Assembly: GCA_964036045.1 (NCBI GenBank)
Contig: OZ038378.1
Span: 174,220,001-174,284,000 of the forward strand
Reading direction: 5' to 3'
Source: Eutreptiella sp. 'Long Island Sound 2002'
Lineage: Eukaryota > Protista > Euglenida
DNA: 64,000 nucleotides
The position numbers were made by a program, and so were the translations under genes. Shown piece after piece: positions 60,893-64,000 of this stretch. How positions within the stretch are numbered: the first letter of the stretch is position 1; each line of letters begins with the position of its first letter. The notes beneath the pieces were generated by a model, which had not been told where the DNA came from, did no database searches, and saw only the letters and a list, made by a program, of their open reading frames with translations.

Positions 60893-60996
60893 TCAGGTCT
60901 GACCAGGCCGACCCTCTTCGGGGGTGGGGGGCACGGGCTGGGGCACCAGAAGGGGACGCAGCACAGGCCCGGGCGCATGCGGAGAGATGGCAGATA
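60893..60996 (-). CDS. Terminal Pro-rich exon of the LRR gene (SAISPHAPGPVLRPLLVPQPVPPTPEEGRPGQT*)
   Basis: Acceptor ctcttcccatgccgtag| in phase 1 matches the micro-exon end; it ends in TGA. Confidence 0.55.
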
Positions 60997-61379
60997 CTAC
61001 GGCATGGGAAGAGAGTGAATCAATTGCTGGATAGCCAAACGCGACGTACGTCATCTGTAAATTGCAGGGCACTCTACCAAATGTCGATGAACCACCCATA
61101 TTCAGGCATCTTGGCAAATTGATTAGCATATGCAACAGCAACAATGTACGATGGAGAAAGGCCGTGGGGCAAAACGCATGACAACCCAGATCACTGTGTG
61201 CCACTCAGATTTTAGACATTCGTCATGGCTTTGGTGGCCACAGCTCCACTTGAGCACAGGCGGGAGTGTGCTGGGGTGAAGAGTGCAGGAGTGCCCTCCC
61301 CCTCCATCCCGATCTGAATTCGGCGCCGCAGGTGTGGCGAAGCGCTGTTTGATGCAACCGTAGGCAATCCTGCACAAAC

Positions 61380-61407
61380 CTGTCGACGGCACTGACCGAT
61401 GCCAAAG
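61380..61407 (-). CDS. 28-nt micro-exon of the LRR gene (LWHRSVPST)
   Basis: Acceptor ttttcctgcag| and donor CAG|gtttgt; phase 0-1, bridging the flanking exons in frame. Confidence 0.55.
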
Positions 61408-61657
61408 CTGCAGGAAAATTTTGGGGCTGCACCGAGGCACCCCAGTCAGAGAAAAAGTGTTACCCTTCGCGAAACAAGTGGGGCGGGGTTCATGGGACTT
61501 TCACAACTGGGGACCAAGGCATCCACACGGGGATGAGGGGACGTCGGGACGTGGGTGAGGAGGGGATGGGCTTGTCAAGAAATAAAAGACCAGAGGAAAG
61601 AATGCAGCCAAGGCAAGAACGGTGGGTGGGTGGGGAGGGGGGGGGGGGGTGATCTAC

Positions 61658-61969
61658 CGAAACAAATAAAGAGGGTGTGGACTGTTTGAGGGGCAGTGTT
61701 TGGTAGGCCGTCCTTTGCAACGCAGGAGATATGACGTCTGTCAACACGGTCGCCTCTTTCCCCGTCGCAGGTGCACAGGTCTGGGGGGCATGCGTCGCTG
61801 GGACCGAATGGAGCGGCAGGGCACGACCTTCCCGATTTTTCCTGAATTTCTCAAAAATAGTCTCCATCGCCTCAATGTCAAAATTGTCATTGCACATCAG
61901 CCCCAGATCGGTGAGGGTTGAATTGTGTGCCATTGCATCCTCTAGGGCTGCCGCACAACCATTGTCAAG
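61658..61969 (-). CDS. Exon of an RNI-like leucine-rich-repeat protein
   Basis: LDNGCAAALEDAMAHNSTLTDLGLMCNDNF matches the RNI-like LRR pattern G...L..AL..N.TL..L.L..N. Acceptor gtgttgcag| and donor TCG|gtagat, phase 0-0. Upstream exons were not located. Confidence 0.7.
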
Positions 61970-62039
61970 CTGCAACACCACGGCAAGAAGGATACATGCA
62001 CCAGTCCACAGCCCCCAACGCTACAACCGAAAAATCTCC

Positions 62040-62250
62040 ACCCCGTACACCCGTCACCAACCCTCAACAACCATACACCCTTTACAACCGTGTCCAGCCC
62101 TGTACAGCCCTGGGCAGCCCTCTATAACCCTGTACAAGTGTGGGCAACCGTCACCGGCCATCAATACATTCGCAAAAACCTTGACAACCCTCAACAACGA
62201 TCCACGTAGTCCTGCATCCCTCGCCAACTATCAGTGCAACTCACCAACCC
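62040..62250 (+). repeat. A/C-rich dispersed repeat, related to ~63590-63790
   Basis: The 20-mer gtcaccaaccctcaacaacc is identical at ~62053 and ~63625, in similar flanking context. Confidence 0.65.
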
Positions 62251-64000
62251 TTACTCACAGAAGGGGAAGGGGGGGGGGCGGTTGGAACGTCCCGCTACGG
62301 GGTGAGGGGCTGGGGAAGAGGGGGGGGGGGGGTTCAGGAGGCTGGAGGCAGAGGGGGCGTAGGGCGGGGTGGGGGGGGGATGCTTGGATTAGGTGCTTCG
62401 ATTGCTTCAGGATTCGGCCTAACCACAAAAAATAATCGGGGTATATTAAATGCCGCAGGGTATAATGAATGAAATGCCACTGCAAGCGTCCTGAGGTCTA
62501 AAACCTGCGCTTGATCTAACAACCTCTCTTCGAGGTGATTCAGCTATTATCCACGCACCCTCTCCCCCGTTTGACTGCAGGTATGTTGGCATGACCACAT
62601 GACTGACACATGTGTGCACCATATTGATGAGGAGATGCGGGTGCATAGGACTGTTAGATATGCTTTGTGCGCCTGCTTGCTTTGCATTTGGTGTTGTGGG
62701 GGCTGCACAGGGCGGATCAGGTCAGGGTGGAGATTGCTGTGCCCCGCTGCAGAATCCATGATGGCAGAAATGAAGGGGCATGGCACTTTGCAACGCAGCA
62801 TTGCTTCATGTTTTCGACCTGCCAACCCATAGTTTGCCTTTGCACTGCAATCAGCATTGCTTATTGTTCAGACGAGCGTCTCTGCATGTCCATTGTGTGT
62901 GCCATCCCCTGCTTTGGGGGGGTATAGCAAATACCCCCTGTCACTCAATAGACCCTGGGGGGCAAATTGAAAAGGGGGGGGGACTTAGAGCCCTACTAAT
63001 CCCAGCCCTCATCCTAAAAAGAGGCTTGGCATCAGCGGCAGCCTTGTAGCAGCAAAGCAGAATACAGAGAAATGTCCTGCCCTGGAAATCCACACAGAGC
63101 AAAATTTGCCCTATTCTGGAGTTGAACCTGGAATCCATCCCAACACATGCACATAGACCTTTTCAGCTAGCCCTAAATCTGTAAATTTGATGTTGTAATG
63201 CGACATATAGTGCAGACGTGTTTTTCTGTCACAGTTGAATACTACATTGAGTCCTGAGCAATTTTTGTATACACAAGTGGAGCAAAACTGAAAATCTACC
63301 TGTTGCTGTAGGCAGGGAAAATTTTTCCTGTGCCATTGTATAGCGGTCTAACGCCTTCAGTTGAGAGATGTAGAGGGTTTTGAAGACTTTTGAGGGATCG
63401 TTGAGGGGAGGTTTAAAGCTGTTAGGGGAGATAAAAAGATGTAGACAGTGAGCAGAGTTCCCGATCGATGCGGAAGGTCACAGAGAGCTGTCGTCAACAA
63501 TCGTGAACAACGCCTCCACCGCCCTCAAAATTCCTTGAGCAGGCCCCCCAACAGCCCCGCAGAATCCCCAACCCCAAACGCCACTCACCCTCAACAAACC
63601 TCAACAATCATCAACCCTTTATCTGTCACCAACCCTCAACAACCTTGCACAACCCTGTAAAACTCACAGTCGCAAAACAACCCTCTACGGGCGTCAATAC
63701 ACCTCAAAAGCACTGGACACTCTCTTTAAGACCCCACAACCCTCTTTTCGGCTCAACAGCCACCTGCAAACTTGCAAGCCCGCCGCGGATGGCAACCAGC
63801 CCTATAATTCTAGTCCTCTCCGTTTTGCGCGGTCGTCCCAGCCGATGCCCTTGGGTCAGGGATGCGCTTCAGGGGCGTAAAGGCTGAAGGGACTGCACAA
63901 GCAGGTGCAAAAACGGTTCCTGGCGATTGGCGGTTGGAAGAGCAGTTGGGTGCAGGGTTGGGTTGACTCAGTCAAGTCAATCACGAGTCACGATTTTTTG

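Noticed and set aside
57507-61381. LTR retrotransposon with ~390-bp LTRs
   Set aside because: No TG...CA ends, TSD, PBS/PPT or gag-pol remnant; one copy fits an intron better.
1-64000. Euglenid spliced-leader RNA gene, rRNA, intact tRNA or hammerhead ribozymes
   Set aside because: No SL-like sequence or rRNA motifs were seen. The ctgatga hits (e.g. ~37745, ~38076, ~46749, ~53446) lack a stem II plus GAAA core.

Overview
Eukaryotic, intron-rich and repeat-rich DNA, not prokaryotic; there is no rRNA, intact tRNA or CRISPR array. The mix of GT-AG introns, poly-C/G runs and dense MITE-like repeats suggests a large protist genome (a euglenid is my guess, unverified). Parts of three minus-strand genes can be built with phase-consistent GT-AG junctions. 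(1) A long coiled-coil protein with four DPF motifs: exons 18547-17829, 16875-16068 and 11355-11056, a tentative exon at 10937-10868, and a probable upstream exon at 38693-38466. (2) An Mpv17/PMP22-family membrane protein: exons 51938-51813, 51610-51490 and 50034-49400. (3) The 3' end of an RNI-like LRR protein: exons 61969-61658, 61407-61380 and 60996-60893. The centre (19.3-36.8 kb) is a stack of co-oriented elements separated by four (TGTGG)n tracts. Three tracts abut the same conserved terminus. The largest element carries ~10.9 kb of a 47-bp hairpin satellite, ~1.35 kb of a 94-bp satellite and a cluster of stem-loops. The rest is decayed Penelope-like, LINE-like and hAT-like remnants, microsatellites, a palindromic 21-bp minisatellite and local duplications, including a copied intron and a copied splice acceptor. 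The 1300-2300 aa ORFs at 22.8-33.9 kb are satellite artefacts. Protein family calls rest on motifs recognised by eye; no searches were run.
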